Shown here: piece by piece, positions 39,356 through 49,938 of the stretch
Layout: each line of letters starts with the position of its first letter
Numbering within the stretch: the first letter of the stretch is position 1
Source: Candidatus Bathyarchaeota archaeon
Lineage (GTDB): Archaea > Thermoproteota > Bathyarchaeia > 40CM-2-53-6
DNA length: 64,000 nt
Direction: 5' to 3'
NCBI GenBank assembly: GCA_005883075.1
Contig: VBAX01000047.1
Location: forward strand, 29,598-93,597
Translations under genes and position numbers: made by a program
The notes under the pieces: generated by a model
Seen by the model: the letters and a program-made list of their open reading frames with translations, nothing else
Told to the model about the DNA's origin: nothing
Database searches by the model: none

Positions 39356-39436
39356 CCATTGAACGTTAAGCCATATTAGCCCGAGGTTTCGGGAACCCGT
39401 TTCTGTAACTCACGAAATCGTAGAGGACATTCTTCC

Positions 39437-40933
39437 TTGACCCCGCTCCCTGAGAAGCCTGCGCGACAGAAGGGACTGAAGAGAACTATTGGAATTGGCG
39501 GGTTGTTCTCCATTGGATATGCTGACGTTGGAGCCGGGATATATCTTGCCCTGAGCTTGGTTGCGTTACATGCAGGTTACGCCACTCCGATAGCAATCGG
39601 AATTGCGGCTATCGCCTATTTTCTGACAGGACTCACCTACGCGGAATTATCTTCAACGTATCCCACCGCGGGAGGGTCAGCGGCATTCGGCCGAGCAGCA
39701 TTTGGAGACACCGTGAGTTTCCTCGCGGGGTGGATGCTCTGCTTGGACTATGTCGTCACCGCGGCAATCTTCTCCATCCCAGCTATCGGCTACCTATCCT
39801 ATTTCACGCCGCTCCTCAAAGAGCCTATCTGGCTGGGTACAGGAGCGATCGTCCTCCTGGTCAGTCTTCTTCTTCTAAACGTAGTCGGAATCAAAGAGTC
39901 CGCGAATTTCACCTTCGGGCTTAGCATTCTCAGCCTGCTCAGCGAGATCGCGCTCATCATTCTCGGCCTCGCGCTGGTGATACCTAACGGCAGCCTCTTC
40001 CACTGGCCTCAAACGTTCAACCTCGGCACCATGCCCACGTGGTCCCAGCTCATTCAAGGGATAACCCTGGCCATGGTCTCCTATCTTGGAATAGAAGCGC
40101 TGGCCCAGGCAGCAGAGGAAACGAAGATTGCGGGAAAGACTATTCCTCGAGCAACGATGCTGACTCTAGTAATTGTAATTGCACTCTATCTCGCAATTTC
40201 CTTGGTTGCGGTCAATGTGGTTCCGCCGACAATTTTGTCGAGCACATGGAAGAACGATCCTCTCTCAGGAGTTGCAAGTAATCTACCTGGAACGGGTGCA
40301 CTCATCACGGGTTGGATCGCGCTATTGGGAAGTGCCATCAGCATTATTGGGGCGAACGCTGGGATCATCGGGTCTTCGAGAACTCTCTTCGCGCTGTCTC
40401 GATACAGGCTACTTCCAAGACGATTCGGTCAGATACATCCTAAGTTCAGAACTCCTTACATCGCCGTAATGACTTTCGGCATCGGGAGCATACTTTTGGT
40501 CCTATTCAGCACATTCGTCTATCTAACCGGCGGCGAGGACCCTCTCGTCTTACTGGGAAGCCTCTACAATGTAGGAGCTCTTGTCGCATATGTCTCCGCG
40601 CATGCGAGTCTCATTGTCACCCGCAACACCGACAGACCGAGATTCAGACCCTTCAGGGTGCCGCTTACGCTCCGTTTCAAGAAGAAAACTGGAGTGCTGG
40701 AACTTCCTATCTTACCGCTGGTCGGATTGTTGGCCACCAGCGCGATATGGGTGGCGGTGATTGTGACGCACGAGTTGGGGAGGGAACTGGGCATTGTTTG
40801 GGTCGTTATGGGAATGGGATTGTACATCTACTTTAGACGGAAGAATCGCTTGCCCCTCCGCGGACGTGCGCCTCCGGAGCCCCGGGAAGTGTCTAGCCCT
40901 GGGAAAGGAGAAATGCCTATTCTGTCTCCTTGA
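39437..40933 (+). CDS. APC-superfamily amino-acid permease
   Basis: About 12 TM helices and an APC-like N-terminal G-rich motif. 498 aa. Confidence 0.85.
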   Translation: MTPLPEKPARQKGLKRTIGIGGLFSIGYADVGAGIYLALSLVALHAGYATPIAIGIAAIAYFLTGLTYAELSSTYPTAGGSAAFGRAAFGDTVSFLAGWMLCLDYVVTAAIFSIPAIGYLSYFTPLLKEPIWLGTGAIVLLVSLLLLNVVGIKESANFTFGLSILSLLSEIALIILGLALVIPNGSLFHWPQTFNLGTMPTWSQLIQGITLAMVSYLGIEALAQAAEETKIAGKTIPRATMLTLVIVIALYLAISLVAVNVVPPTILSSTWKNDPLSGVASNLPGTGALITGWIALLGSAISIIGANAGIIGSSRTLFALSRYRLLPRRFGQIHPKFRTPYIAVMTFGIGSILLVLFSTFVYLTGGEDPLVLLGSLYNVGALVAYVSAHASLIVTRNTDRPRFRPFRVPLTLRFKKKTGVLELPILPLVGLLATSAIWVAVIVTHELGRELGIVWVVMGMGLYIYFRRKNRLPLRGRAPPEPREVSSPGKGEMPILSP

Positions 40934-41306
40934 GCCTTTTCTCTATGAAGTCTAACTGTTTTGTAAGGAACTTCTTGTATGTTCTGAGAAGCTTCACCTG
41001 CTGAGGCTTCGTCTGCTTGTCGATTGTGGTCATGGTCCGACGGAAAGTCTCAACAGTCTCTTCTAGTCCGGCTGACACTTTTGGACCCGTGTCTTGCACG
41101 AATTTCTCTGTAGAAGTTTTGAGTGTCTTGCTTGCAGCAACTAGGTCCCTGCTCAATTGTTGGAGGTCTTTTCGCATGGCCTCGAGGGCTTCCTTAGCCT
41201 CGCGGCGCACTTCATCTCGCCTATTCTTCTTTTCTGACATCTCTGACTCTGAGAATTGGCATCTGAAGATAAAGCTTCGAATTTGAACGGTTTTATCTGA
41301 ATTCAT
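40917..41306 (-). CDS. coiled-coil hypothetical protein
   Basis: Charged, heptad-like sequence. Real start probably at MSEKKNRRDE. Confidence 0.35.
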   Translation of the reverse strand: MNSDKTVQIRSFIFRCQFSESEMSEKKNRRDEVRREAKEALEAMRKDLQQLSRDLVAASKTLKTSTEKFVQDTGPKVSAGLEETVETFRRTMTTIDKQTKPQQVKLLRTYKKFLTKQLDFIEKRLKETE

Positions 41307-41315
41307 ATTAGACTC

Positions 41316-41753
41316 GTGGTTGGGCTGCGGAGCATGAAAGGGGTTCGGGACAAGGTTTACTCAGCGTGGAAAGAGGGGAAACCTCCTAGCCCTGCGATCG
41401 GGACGCTGGGGATTAGAGTTCGCAGCATAGAAGAGAGCAGAACGGTCCTCGAAATGGACGTGGACGAGCATTTGCACAACTTGTCCGGGACGATGCATGG
41501 GGGAGTCATGGTGGATATTGCGGATGCTGCGATGGGGATTGCGGTGGCGTCGACCCTGAAGCCCGATGAAGATATGACTACTATCGAGTTGAAGATGAGT
41601 TTCATGCGCCCTCACGTCAAGGGGCGGTTGGTTGCGGAGGGGACGATTGCCAAGAGGGGCCGGCGTATCGCCTTCACCGAGGCCGTTCTCACGAACGTGA
41701 AGAAGGAGATCGTAGCGAAGTGTAGCGGGACGTGGCTAATAATGCCCGCTTAG
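41316..41753 (+). CDS. PaaI/hotdog-fold acyl-CoA thioesterase
   Basis: HGGVMVDIADAAMG hotdog motif. Confidence 0.8.
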   Translation: MVGLRSMKGVRDKVYSAWKEGKPPSPAIGTLGIRVRSIEESRTVLEMDVDEHLHNLSGTMHGGVMVDIADAAMGIAVASTLKPDEDMTTIELKMSFMRPHVKGRLVAEGTIAKRGRRIAFTEAVLTNVKKEIVAKCSGTWLIMPA

Positions 41754-41765
41754 CTTGGCCTTGCC

Positions 41766-42590
41766 ATGTCGTCAAAGCGTCCTGTTGAACTCGGTAGAGA
41801 CGCGAGGCTCTTCCTCCTCTTCCTATCAGAAATCAATCTTGTAATGGGGGCTCTGTTCTTTGTCTATCCGAGCCTGGTGATCGGTCTATGGCCTTGGACT
41901 GTGAAGGCGTTGGCGGTACGGTTCATCGGCGCGATATTCCTAGCGATTGCGTTTGGCTGCTGGTCCGCTCTCAGAGCTAAGATCTGGCAGAGAGCGAAGA
42001 TTCTCGTGCTAGTCGGAGGAACGTTCTTCGGAATCACATCGATCGTCGCGATCGTCCTCGCGGCCTCACAAGGTGGCGGATACGTTATCTCCGGTTGGAC
42101 GGGATATTTCCTCGTCGCAAGTCTCGGAAATTTCTACCTGTTGAACCGATATGGTTGGCCCCGGAAGCCTCAAGATAGATTGAGTGCTGGCCGACCTTGG
42201 AAGACCGCCCGTTGGTTCTTCCGGATACAAACTGTCGTTGTCGGGGTGTTCGGCATCATGATGCTCTTGCTACCGGATGTCGCCCAGCGCGAGTTTTGGC
42301 CTTGGCTGGTAGCAACACCTACTCTGCAAATGTTCGCAGGCTTGTTCTTGGCCACTTGTCTCGCAACTGGTTGGGCCTCGTTGCAGACGGATATCGGTAG
42401 GGTCAGGGTTTTACTGCCTCTGGACGTGATCTTTCCAAGCCTCGCACTGTTGGCTGTGGGGATCCACTGGGATGTAATATTAAGCCAAAGCCCCAGTGCG
42501 CTAGTGACCGGAGTGTGGGTCTTCATCTACGCTTTCGTAGCAGTAGGTTCTGCTTACCTCTACTTCTACTCTAGAAAAATAGTGATGTAA
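41766..42590 (+). CDS. polytopic membrane protein, unknown function
   Basis: 274 aa, hydrophobic with at least 7 TM helices. Confidence 0.4.
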   Translation: MSSKRPVELGRDARLFLLFLSEINLVMGALFFVYPSLVIGLWPWTVKALAVRFIGAIFLAIAFGCWSALRAKIWQRAKILVLVGGTFFGITSIVAIVLAASQGGGYVISGWTGYFLVASLGNFYLLNRYGWPRKPQDRLSAGRPWKTARWFFRIQTVVVGVFGIMMLLLPDVAQREFWPWLVATPTLQMFAGLFLATCLATGWASLQTDIGRVRVLLPLDVIFPSLALLAVGIHWDVILSQSPSALVTGVWVFIYAFVAVGSAYLYFYSRKIVM

Positions 42591-42753
42591 TTTAGAAGAA
42601 TGCCTGATCTCGGCAAACGAGATCTACTCACGAAAAGTCTACTGAGAACAAGAAGCTAACGGGGCCGCGACGCGGATGGTCCCGTGGACGGGCGCTTCGC
42701 GTTCAAACTCTTGATCTAAATATCCCGATCGCCATTGTCGTAGCAGTTGGAAA

Positions 42754-43077
42754 ATGGCATCGCAAGTACCGTTGCTTACGCTAGCGAAATTCCTGGTCCT
42801 GATCGGAGGCGTCGTTCTCTTGGTCGGGGGAATATTGCAGGCTATTGACGTGAGACTAATGGATTTCGGTACCAACTTGGCCCGATTAGGAAGTTTCACA
42901 GGGATAGTCGTAGGAATCCTCGTAGGAATATTGGCACTAGTTGGATCAAGGGAGGTTGCCAATCCGGCATGGAGCCTCATCCTTCTAATACTCGGCTTAT
43001 TCGTTGGAAGCCTCGGCGGCATACTGGTCTTCATCGGAGGGCTGATCGGCCTCGTCGCCCACTACGTGAAGGTCTAA
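42754..43077 (+). CDS. small membrane protein (related to the 53040-54847 paralog family?)
   Basis: 107 aa with 3 TM helices and G/I/L-rich segments resembling the tandem membrane paralogs downstream. Confidence 0.4.
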   Translation: MASQVPLLTLAKFLVLIGGVVLLVGGILQAIDVRLMDFGTNLARLGSFTGIVVGILVGILALVGSREVANPAWSLILLILGLFVGSLGGILVFIGGLIGLVAHYVKV

Positions 43078-43371
43078 CGAGCCGATAGGTTCGAAAAACG
43101 AGGGTAAGATGTTGGAGATAGAAGTATACAATTGCGGTTGCAAGGTCCGCATCTATGCGGTGGAGTTCGGGGAGTCAAAGAACGACCTCACAGAGCGACC
43201 TAGCGTTATTTCAGATTACAGCCCTTGTTCCAAGCACCGGAATGCGCGTAGGATTCCGCCTCAAGAGGCTCGCCTCTTGAAGGTAAGGGGCGAACATGAG
43301 GCCTTTCTGAACGAGTAAAGACCCGCTTTCATTAGTGATTCACTCTTATTATTCGGTCGATGGCGCGGACC

Positions 43372-43842
43372 CTAGTTCTTTTTCCTATGCAGTAGATAGA
43401 GCGCTCCGAGTAGAACGGATACTGAAACAGCTCCGAATAGGATTGGGTTCGAGGACGCAAGTTGAAAGCCGACCTGAACTGCTGGGCTCTCTGTGACCCC
43501 TCTCAAGTACGGTATTTCGTAGGCTCCTGTAACATATCCGTATAGCCACACAGCTGCGAATCCTCCCAGAAAGATTACGAGTGCACCACGAGCGGAACCT
43601 CGATTTCGGGGTCTGGCCTCGACAGCAGTCGCGTTAGGTCCCTGGAACTGGGCTGCCTCTTCCGTCTCAGGAGCGGTTTCTTCGGGCTCTTGTGGGTGTG
43701 CGTGTTTGGTCAGACTGGTCAAAATATCATCCCTCGTAACGTTGGCCGCTCGAGGTATGGAAGAACCCTCAGGTCGCTTGCTCTGGCCGGAAAAACTGAA
43801 CCGGTGTCGTGGCCTCGGGGGTTTCTTCGAATCTGACCCCAA
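43372..43842 (-). CDS. membrane protein, unknown
   Basis: 156 aa with a charged N-terminus and C-terminal TM helices. Confidence 0.35.
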   Translation of the reverse strand: MGSDSKKPPRPRHRFSFSGQSKRPEGSSIPRAANVTRDDILTSLTKHAHPQEPEETAPETEEAAQFQGPNATAVEARPRNRGSARGALVIFLGGFAAVWLYGYVTGAYEIPYLRGVTESPAVQVGFQLASSNPILFGAVSVSVLLGALYLLHRKKN

Positions 43843-43960
43843 AGTTTGCTTTCCCCCATTATTCCATAGGCTTCGTTCGATTTGGGTGTAGACGTACTGT
43901 CGAGCCTCGGGCCTCGGACAGAGGTAACCTCTCGGTGCACATCACATAGAGTGGTCCGCT

Positions 43961-44650
43961 TTGGGACTCTCATGTTCAGAAAAATTGACGGTTCGGGCCG
44001 ATTTCATGTTCTGTTCAATAGTGAAGAACATGAAACCCGTTAAATCCATGTCCTGTGGAGTTGGTGGTCTAGCAATGTCCAAACTAGGCGCGGTAAACTT
44101 TCCCAGGATCAACATGATTTCCCTTCTAGCCGGAGCTCTCGCGCTTGCCAGCGTCTTTCTTCCCTGGTGGGGTATAGACGCATCCGGCTTCGGTTCCTCC
44201 GTCTCCTCCCGCTGGACTCTCTGGAACGGACCCTCAACGGACAGTATCTTTAGAGGTTCAACGCAGCCATATCCGACCTTGACCTCAGCAAGCCCGATAA
44301 TCGGGGCCCTAGTAGTAATCTCCGGTCTTCTGGCTATTGCGGGAAGTTTCACTTGGAATATTCGGCCTCTGATTGGGAGCTTCATACTCAGCGTTCTGAC
44401 GCCTATCGTGTATCTGGGAGTGGTCAGCTATTCTGTCACGAACTCCTGCGGTGGCCAGTCGAACTGTCTGAGCGGACCCTTCGGTACAGAAACTGTTTTC
44501 GGAATTACTCTGAACTGGGGCTTCCAATTAGGCTTCTATCTCTACCTTTTTGCTGGAGCTCTGACGCTGGTCGGGCTGGGCTTCCATCGAATCTTTCACA
44601 AGACAACTTCAACACTCGAGGCTTCCCAAGTTTCCGCGGGCCCGAGCTAG
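43961..44650 (+). CDS. membrane protein, unknown
   Basis: 229 aa with multiple TM helices. Confidence 0.4.
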   Translation: MGLSCSEKLTVRADFMFCSIVKNMKPVKSMSCGVGGLAMSKLGAVNFPRINMISLLAGALALASVFLPWWGIDASGFGSSVSSRWTLWNGPSTDSIFRGSTQPYPTLTSASPIIGALVVISGLLAIAGSFTWNIRPLIGSFILSVLTPIVYLGVVSYSVTNSCGGQSNCLSGPFGTETVFGITLNWGFQLGFYLYLFAGALTLVGLGFHRIFHKTTSTLEASQVSAGPS

Positions 44651-44774
44651 GCTCAGGTCCAAGTTGCGAGGCCCATTGTCGTCGGGCCGGAGTATGTTCT
44701 AAATTGGGGGAATTACCTGGTACCATTGAACCGGTGTTAGTCCTCTGTCAGCGACACATGCCGATGCCCAAGTT

Positions 44775-45608
44775 TTGGTTTTCTTAGGTACGGGTGGCGC
44801 AGATTGTACTCCCCGAGTTGGATGTTTGTGCGACATATGCACGGAAGCTCGTCGAAAGAAGGGAAGATATGCTCGTAACGGGCCTGGTGTTTTCTTTACC
44901 GGTATCGATTTGCTTCTTGATACTCCGGAAGACGTCGCCCACAGTCTGGAAAGGGAGGATATTCATCACGTGTCCCATCTGCTCTACCGTCACTGGCATC
45001 CGGATCATACGATGGGTCGCCGGGTTCTAGAACAGCTCAATCTGAACCTTCGAAAGAGAACGAAAACGATCACTGACGTGTGGCTACCGTCATGAGTCCG
45101 CGAGGACTTTCGAAAAATGCTTGGTCTGGAGGATCATTTCCAGTTCTTTGTGAAGATGGGGATTGTGCGGATTCACGAGTTCGAGGAGGGTGAAGCGGTC
45201 AAGCTTGGCGAGGCAACCGTGAAGGCTTTTCGTATGGCTCAGCCGGGTCTCGCTTCGTATCTAGTTCAACAGGGTGGGAAACGGGTCGTGCTCGCTCTCG
45301 ACGAGATTAAGGATTGGGATCCTGGGAGTGAGCTGTTGGAGCCAGATGTACTGGTCCTCGAGACTGGCTGGTTTGAACAAGATAAGGAGGGCGAGCAGAT
45401 CATCCCAACTGATCACTGGATTCGCAAGTCAGAAGCTTCTTTCGAAGAGACCCTCGAACTCGTCGAGAAAATCAATCCAAGATTGGCGATTGCAACGCAC
45501 ATTGAAGAGTTGAACGGGCGCTCTTACGTTGACTATCTTGAACTTGAGAAGGGGTTCAAGAAATACAGGTTGCGCTTTGCGTATGATGGGTTTCGAGTCT
45601 CCCTCTGA
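44775..45608 (+). pseudogene. PhnP-like MBL-fold phosphodiesterase interrupted by a single in-frame TGA at 45093-45095
   Basis: The N-terminal half (GTGGADCTPRVGCLCDIC...HWHPDH) and the C-terminal half (45117-45608) are in the same frame. They are separated by one TGA and 7 further codons. Confidence 0.55.
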
Positions 45609-45705
45609 AGATAGTCGCGAGGTTTGAATCTCGACATCCAAGCTCGAGCGAAAAGTAGGCTCAGGGCTGGGAATGTTAACATAACGCCTGCGAGTTTGGG
45701 ATGCC

Positions 45706-46683
45706 ATGTCTGGACAGAGGACTCTCTCCCTTGCGACAAGAGAGTTCGATCCCACCGACTATGCGAGGCTGGCTGAGATTTACAATGCGAACTATCCAGA
45801 CTATCCTCGTAGTGTCGGCGAGTGGCGTTCTAGGGATGAGAGCTTGGACAGGTCGAAGTACTATCTGCAAAGATACTCCTTTCTCGAGAATGATGTGATT
45901 GTCGGATTCGGGGTTGTGTCGCATGTTACTGACATGTTTCATCCGCGCAAGTTCTGGGTCGAGATACTTGTCGATCCACTATCGCAGGGAAGAGGAATTG
46001 GGGCCGCGATCTATGAGAGACTAGGTGGCGAACTGAGCAAACTGAACGCTGTTACGGCCTGGGCTGGAGGCAGAGAAGATCTGCCGAGACTCACCGGTTT
46101 CTATCAGCGGCGAGGTTTCATGGAGAAGCAGATTGCGTGGGAGTCACGTCTTGACGTGTCCAGTGTGGACTTTGAGCAATTCCGAGAGTATCCTGAGACG
46201 GTGCAGAGGCAGGGAATCACACTTACGACTCTCGCTGAAGCGCGGAGGGAAGGTCAAGATTCACTGAAGAAGCTTCACGAGCTTGTCCAGATTATCTCTG
46301 CTGACATGCCAAGTATAGCGTCTTTCACGCCGACCTCGTACGAACAGTGGGAGGCGTTCGAGCTCAAGAATCCGAATCTCCTGCCTGAGGGTTACATGAT
46401 AGCGAAGGACGGTTCCAACTATGTTGGACTCAGCACCGTCTGGCGCATCGATAAGGAGCCGAGAGGCCTCGTCCAGGGAAACACGGGTGTCAGGCGTGAA
46501 TATCGTGGTAGGGGAATAGCAATCGCGTTGAAGCTGGGAGTCATCGATTTCGCGAGACGGAACGGGTACGAGAAGGTGAAGACATGGAACGCATCCGATA
46601 ATGCACCTATGCTAGCGGTCAACACAAAGCTCGGCTTCAAGCGAGAAGTTGGCTGGATAATGCTGGAAAAGAACCTCGCCTGA
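45706..46683 (+). CDS. tandem-GNAT N-acetyltransferase
   Basis: Two GNAT-like halves (QGRGIGAA... and RGRGIAIALK...). Confidence 0.7.
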   Translation: MSGQRTLSLATREFDPTDYARLAEIYNANYPDYPRSVGEWRSRDESLDRSKYYLQRYSFLENDVIVGFGVVSHVTDMFHPRKFWVEILVDPLSQGRGIGAAIYERLGGELSKLNAVTAWAGGREDLPRLTGFYQRRGFMEKQIAWESRLDVSSVDFEQFREYPETVQRQGITLTTLAEARREGQDSLKKLHELVQIISADMPSIASFTPTSYEQWEAFELKNPNLLPEGYMIAKDGSNYVGLSTVWRIDKEPRGLVQGNTGVRREYRGRGIAIALKLGVIDFARRNGYEKVKTWNASDNAPMLAVNTKLGFKREVGWIMLEKNLA

Positions 46684-47165
46684 AAAACGTTAAGGCAACG
46701 TTTCTTGGTCCGTTTTCACATCTTCGCGTCCTCCTCGACGGAGTAGGTACTCCGAGAAACAAGTCACTTCGAGGCTGAGGCTCTGGTAACGACCAGCAAA
46801 TTGCCGGACTATGTCTGTCTTGTATGGAATACTAAGGGCAGGGATGCGGGGACTTGGCGACCTGGGAAGAACCTAGAGAACTGGACACTGACAATGAGGC
46901 TGTGATCAGCCTCTACGACGGCATCAAGAAAATACTGGAAAAACAGCCGAAGCCCAAGTCCAAGCCAAGCTCTGGCATCCCGAGAGAAGCAAGACACATC
47001 TTACGTTGCGGTCGAATCCTCAAGGTCGATATCGAACGGAAACTCATCGTTATTACTGTCATGAAAACGGACGGCGAGCTTCACCAGCTTCGAATAGAAG
47101 CCAACCAAGACTAACCGAACACCGGATCGGATCTAGGGATACTTTCGGAATACTCCGTTTCTCCC

Positions 47166-47384
47166 TCTCTTGTGACGCGAGGGTCGGTCGCTAAGACCCC
47201 CTATTTTCTAGAAAAGATTTCCTGTCTGGCATAGATAATCGGCGAGTCTCGCGATTCAGGGCACGATCCGGGCTTAGATGTGATCGCAAAAAACGGGAAG
47301 TCTAGCGCCATTCCCGAACGATTCAGGGGGCGAGATAGGGGTGTGGTCCCAGATTCGGGATCAGGGCTGATTTTGGGCGATCCA
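47166..47384 (-). repeat. copy C of the ~215-bp intergenic repeat family (reverse orientation)
   Basis: Its reverse complement aligns with 13873-14082, and the 3' half is nearly identical. Located downstream of the stop of the mutase gene. Confidence 0.8.
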
Positions 47385-47410
47385 AGACGCATAATTCCCT
47401 CTAGGTAACG

Positions 47411-48991
47411 TCACACGTCGCGCCTTACCCGGTATTCTCCGAAGGCGTCTCTTAGAACTTCGCTGATTTCACCGACGGTGCAGTTTGCCCGGACGGCGCT
47501 TAAGATGCGATTCACGAGATTCTCTTCGTGCTTCGCAGAACTGGAAAGGCGTCCAAGAGCATTTTTGACCAGCGCAGTATTTCTCGTTCCTTTCATCATC
47601 TTCAGCTGTCTTATCTGATCTCTCTCGAGCTTGGGGTCGATGCGCTGGATTTTTGGTCCACTGCTTCCCTCGGTAAACTTGTTGACTCCGACAATAATCG
47701 TTCGTCCTTCGTCAACAGATTTCTGGAACCTGTAAGCGCTTTCCTGTATCTCGCGATGGACAAATCCGGATTCTATCGCCTTTCTCGCGCCACCTAAATC
47801 TTCCACTTTCTCTAAGAGACGAGTCGCGTCGGCCTCAAGATCTCTTGTCAAGGATTCCAGATAGTAGCTACCGGCTAGTGGATCCGCCGTTTTGGTCACT
47901 CCTGATTCGTGGGCAATTATCTGCTGGGTACGCAAGGCAATTTGAACCGACTCTTCGGTTGGCAGAGAGAGTGCCTCGTCCCTGGAATTTGTATGCAGAG
48001 ATTGTGTTCCACCGAGAACTCCTGCAAGGGCTTGGATTGCGACCCGGACAATGTTGTTGTCAGGCTGTTGGGCGGTCAAAGTCTCACCACTTGTCTGGGT
48101 GTGAAATCGTAGCTTGCAGGATTCAGGATCCCGGGCTTTGAAACGGTCCTTCATGATCCGGGCCCAGATTCTACGCGCAGCTCTGAATTTCGCGATCTCC
48201 TCCAAGAAATCATTCCTGCAGGCAAAGAAGAAAGAAAGTTGGGGGGCGAACTGGTCTATCTTGAGCCCTCGTTCAAGAGCCGCCTTAACGTATTCGATCG
48301 CGTTTGCAAAACAAAAGCCTAGTTCCTGGATCGCGTTCGCGCCCGACTCGCGAATATGATAGCCACTGATGCTGATCGGGTGCCACCGGGGCATCTTGTA
48401 GGCGCAGTATTCTATGAGATCGACGGAGAGCTTTAGCGATGATTCTGGAGGATAGATGTAGGTATTCCTTGCGATGTACTCCTTCAGAATATCATTCTGT
48501 GTCGTTCCCGTTAACTTGTTCTGAGGGACCCCCTGTTCCATTCCAACCGCGACGTAGAGAGAAAGCAGGATTGGTGCGGTGGCGTTGATTGTCATGCTAG
48601 TGCTGACCTTTCCAAGGTCGATGCCCTCGAAGAGACGCCTCATGTCATAGACGCTACTTATTGCAACTCCCACTCTCCCAACTTCTCCAGCAGCCCTTGG
48701 ATAGTCTGAGTCGAGACCGAGCTGTGTTGGCAGGTCGAATGCTGTGCTGAGCCCGGTCTCACCGTGAGATATCAGATACTTGAAGCGGCGATTAGTTTCT
48801 TTGGCAGACCCGAAACCCGTGTATTGACGCATGGTCCAAAGCCGATCCCGATACATTCCATCGTAGATCCCACGCGTGTATGGGAACTGGCCCGGTTTCC
48901 CCAGTGACCTTGTCCAGTTCGGTGGAACATCCTTTTTCTCGTAGATTTTTTTGACGAGGATCCCAGAGTCTGTTGTTACAGGGTCGGTCAA
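47411..48991 (-). CDS. mcmA: methylmalonyl-CoA mutase, catalytic (large) subunit lacking the B12-binding domain
   Basis: MCM TIM-barrel with RQYTGFG (Tyr) and RNTYIYPP (Arg) signature residues. 526 aa, so no C-terminal B12 domain. Confidence 0.9.
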   Translation of the reverse strand: MTDPVTTDSGILVKKIYEKKDVPPNWTRSLGKPGQFPYTRGIYDGMYRDRLWTMRQYTGFGSAKETNRRFKYLISHGETGLSTAFDLPTQLGLDSDYPRAAGEVGRVGVAISSVYDMRRLFEGIDLGKVSTSMTINATAPILLSLYVAVGMEQGVPQNKLTGTTQNDILKEYIARNTYIYPPESSLKLSVDLIEYCAYKMPRWHPISISGYHIRESGANAIQELGFCFANAIEYVKAALERGLKIDQFAPQLSFFFACRNDFLEEIAKFRAARRIWARIMKDRFKARDPESCKLRFHTQTSGETLTAQQPDNNIVRVAIQALAGVLGGTQSLHTNSRDEALSLPTEESVQIALRTQQIIAHESGVTKTADPLAGSYYLESLTRDLEADATRLLEKVEDLGGARKAIESGFVHREIQESAYRFQKSVDEGRTIIVGVNKFTEGSSGPKIQRIDPKLERDQIRQLKMMKGTRNTALVKNALGRLSSSAKHEENLVNRILSAVRANCTVGEISEVLRDAFGEYRVRRDV

Positions 48992-49938
48992 GCGTGTTCT
49001 CCTAGCTTGGATATGATTTCCACAAGTCTCGATGCAGCTGTCTCTGGATCAAGTTCACGTTTGACAACTCTTCCGACTAGAGCGTCGAGTTCTTTCTGAT
49101 CTCCGAGACGCTTGACGGTCTGATGATAGAAATCTGAGAAAGCGGCATCTACCAGCTCGGACTGGATCCTTTTGCTCAATCTTTTCTCCCTGAGGCTTCC
49201 AGTCTCCAAATGCTTCCGGAATTTTTCGATTGCATCAACAACCGCAGGGACACCTGTTCCCTTGACCGCCACAGTCTTCAGAACCGGTGGCCTCCATCCA
49301 TCTCTCTCTTGCAGACCGCTTGCGATGTTGTAGATCGTCTTCGCTGGGTTGACCAGGTCTGACTTGTTGATGACGAACAGGTCGCCAATCTCAGCGAAGC
49401 CTGCCTTGAACGCCTGAACCTCATCGCCTAGCTGAGGCATCAGAACGACAATCGTGGCGTCCACTGTCGACGCGATTTGTACCTCCGTCTGGCCTGCTCC
49501 CACAGTCTCCACGATGATAACGTCCATCCCGGCTGCATCCAGTACTCGTATCGTGTTTCTCGCGGCTCGAGCGAGTCCACCCAGGTCACCTCGAGAGGCC
49601 ATGCTCCGAATGTAGACTTTCTTCTCCAGGCTATGGTCCATCATCCTCACCCGGTCCCCCAGCAACGCACCACCAGTGAACGCGCTGGACGGGTCGATTG
49701 CTAGAACTCCAACGCTACGTTCTCTCTCTCGATACTCTCCAACTATCTTGTCCACGAGAGTGCTCTTGCCAGTCCCAGTCGGACCAGTAACGCCGATGGT
49801 GAAGGCCTTGCCCGTATGCGGATACAATTCTTGAATCAGCTTTCGGCTCGGCTCTCCGCCAGCCTCGACTATCGAGATCGCCTTGGCAACAGCGCGATGC
49901 TCACTCTTGAGCACTTGAGAAGATAGCTCCCGAGCCAA
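48988..49938 (-). CDS. meaB: MeaB/ArgK methylmalonyl-CoA mutase-associated GTPase (G-protein chaperone)
   Basis: P-loop GPTGTGKST and an NKSD G4 motif. Overlaps the upstream mutase gene by 4 nt. Confidence 0.9.
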   Translation of the reverse strand: MARELSSQVLKSEHRAVAKAISIVEAGGEPSRKLIQELYPHTGKAFTIGVTGPTGTGKSTLVDKIVGEYRERERSVGVLAIDPSSAFTGGALLGDRVRMMDHSLEKKVYIRSMASRGDLGGLARAARNTIRVLDAAGMDVIIVETVGAGQTEVQIASTVDATIVVLMPQLGDEVQAFKAGFAEIGDLFVINKSDLVNPAKTIYNIASGLQERDGWRPPVLKTVAVKGTGVPAVVDAIEKFRKHLETGSLREKRLSKRIQSELVDAAFSDFYHQTVKRLGDQKELDALVGRVVKRELDPETAASRLVEIISKLGEHA

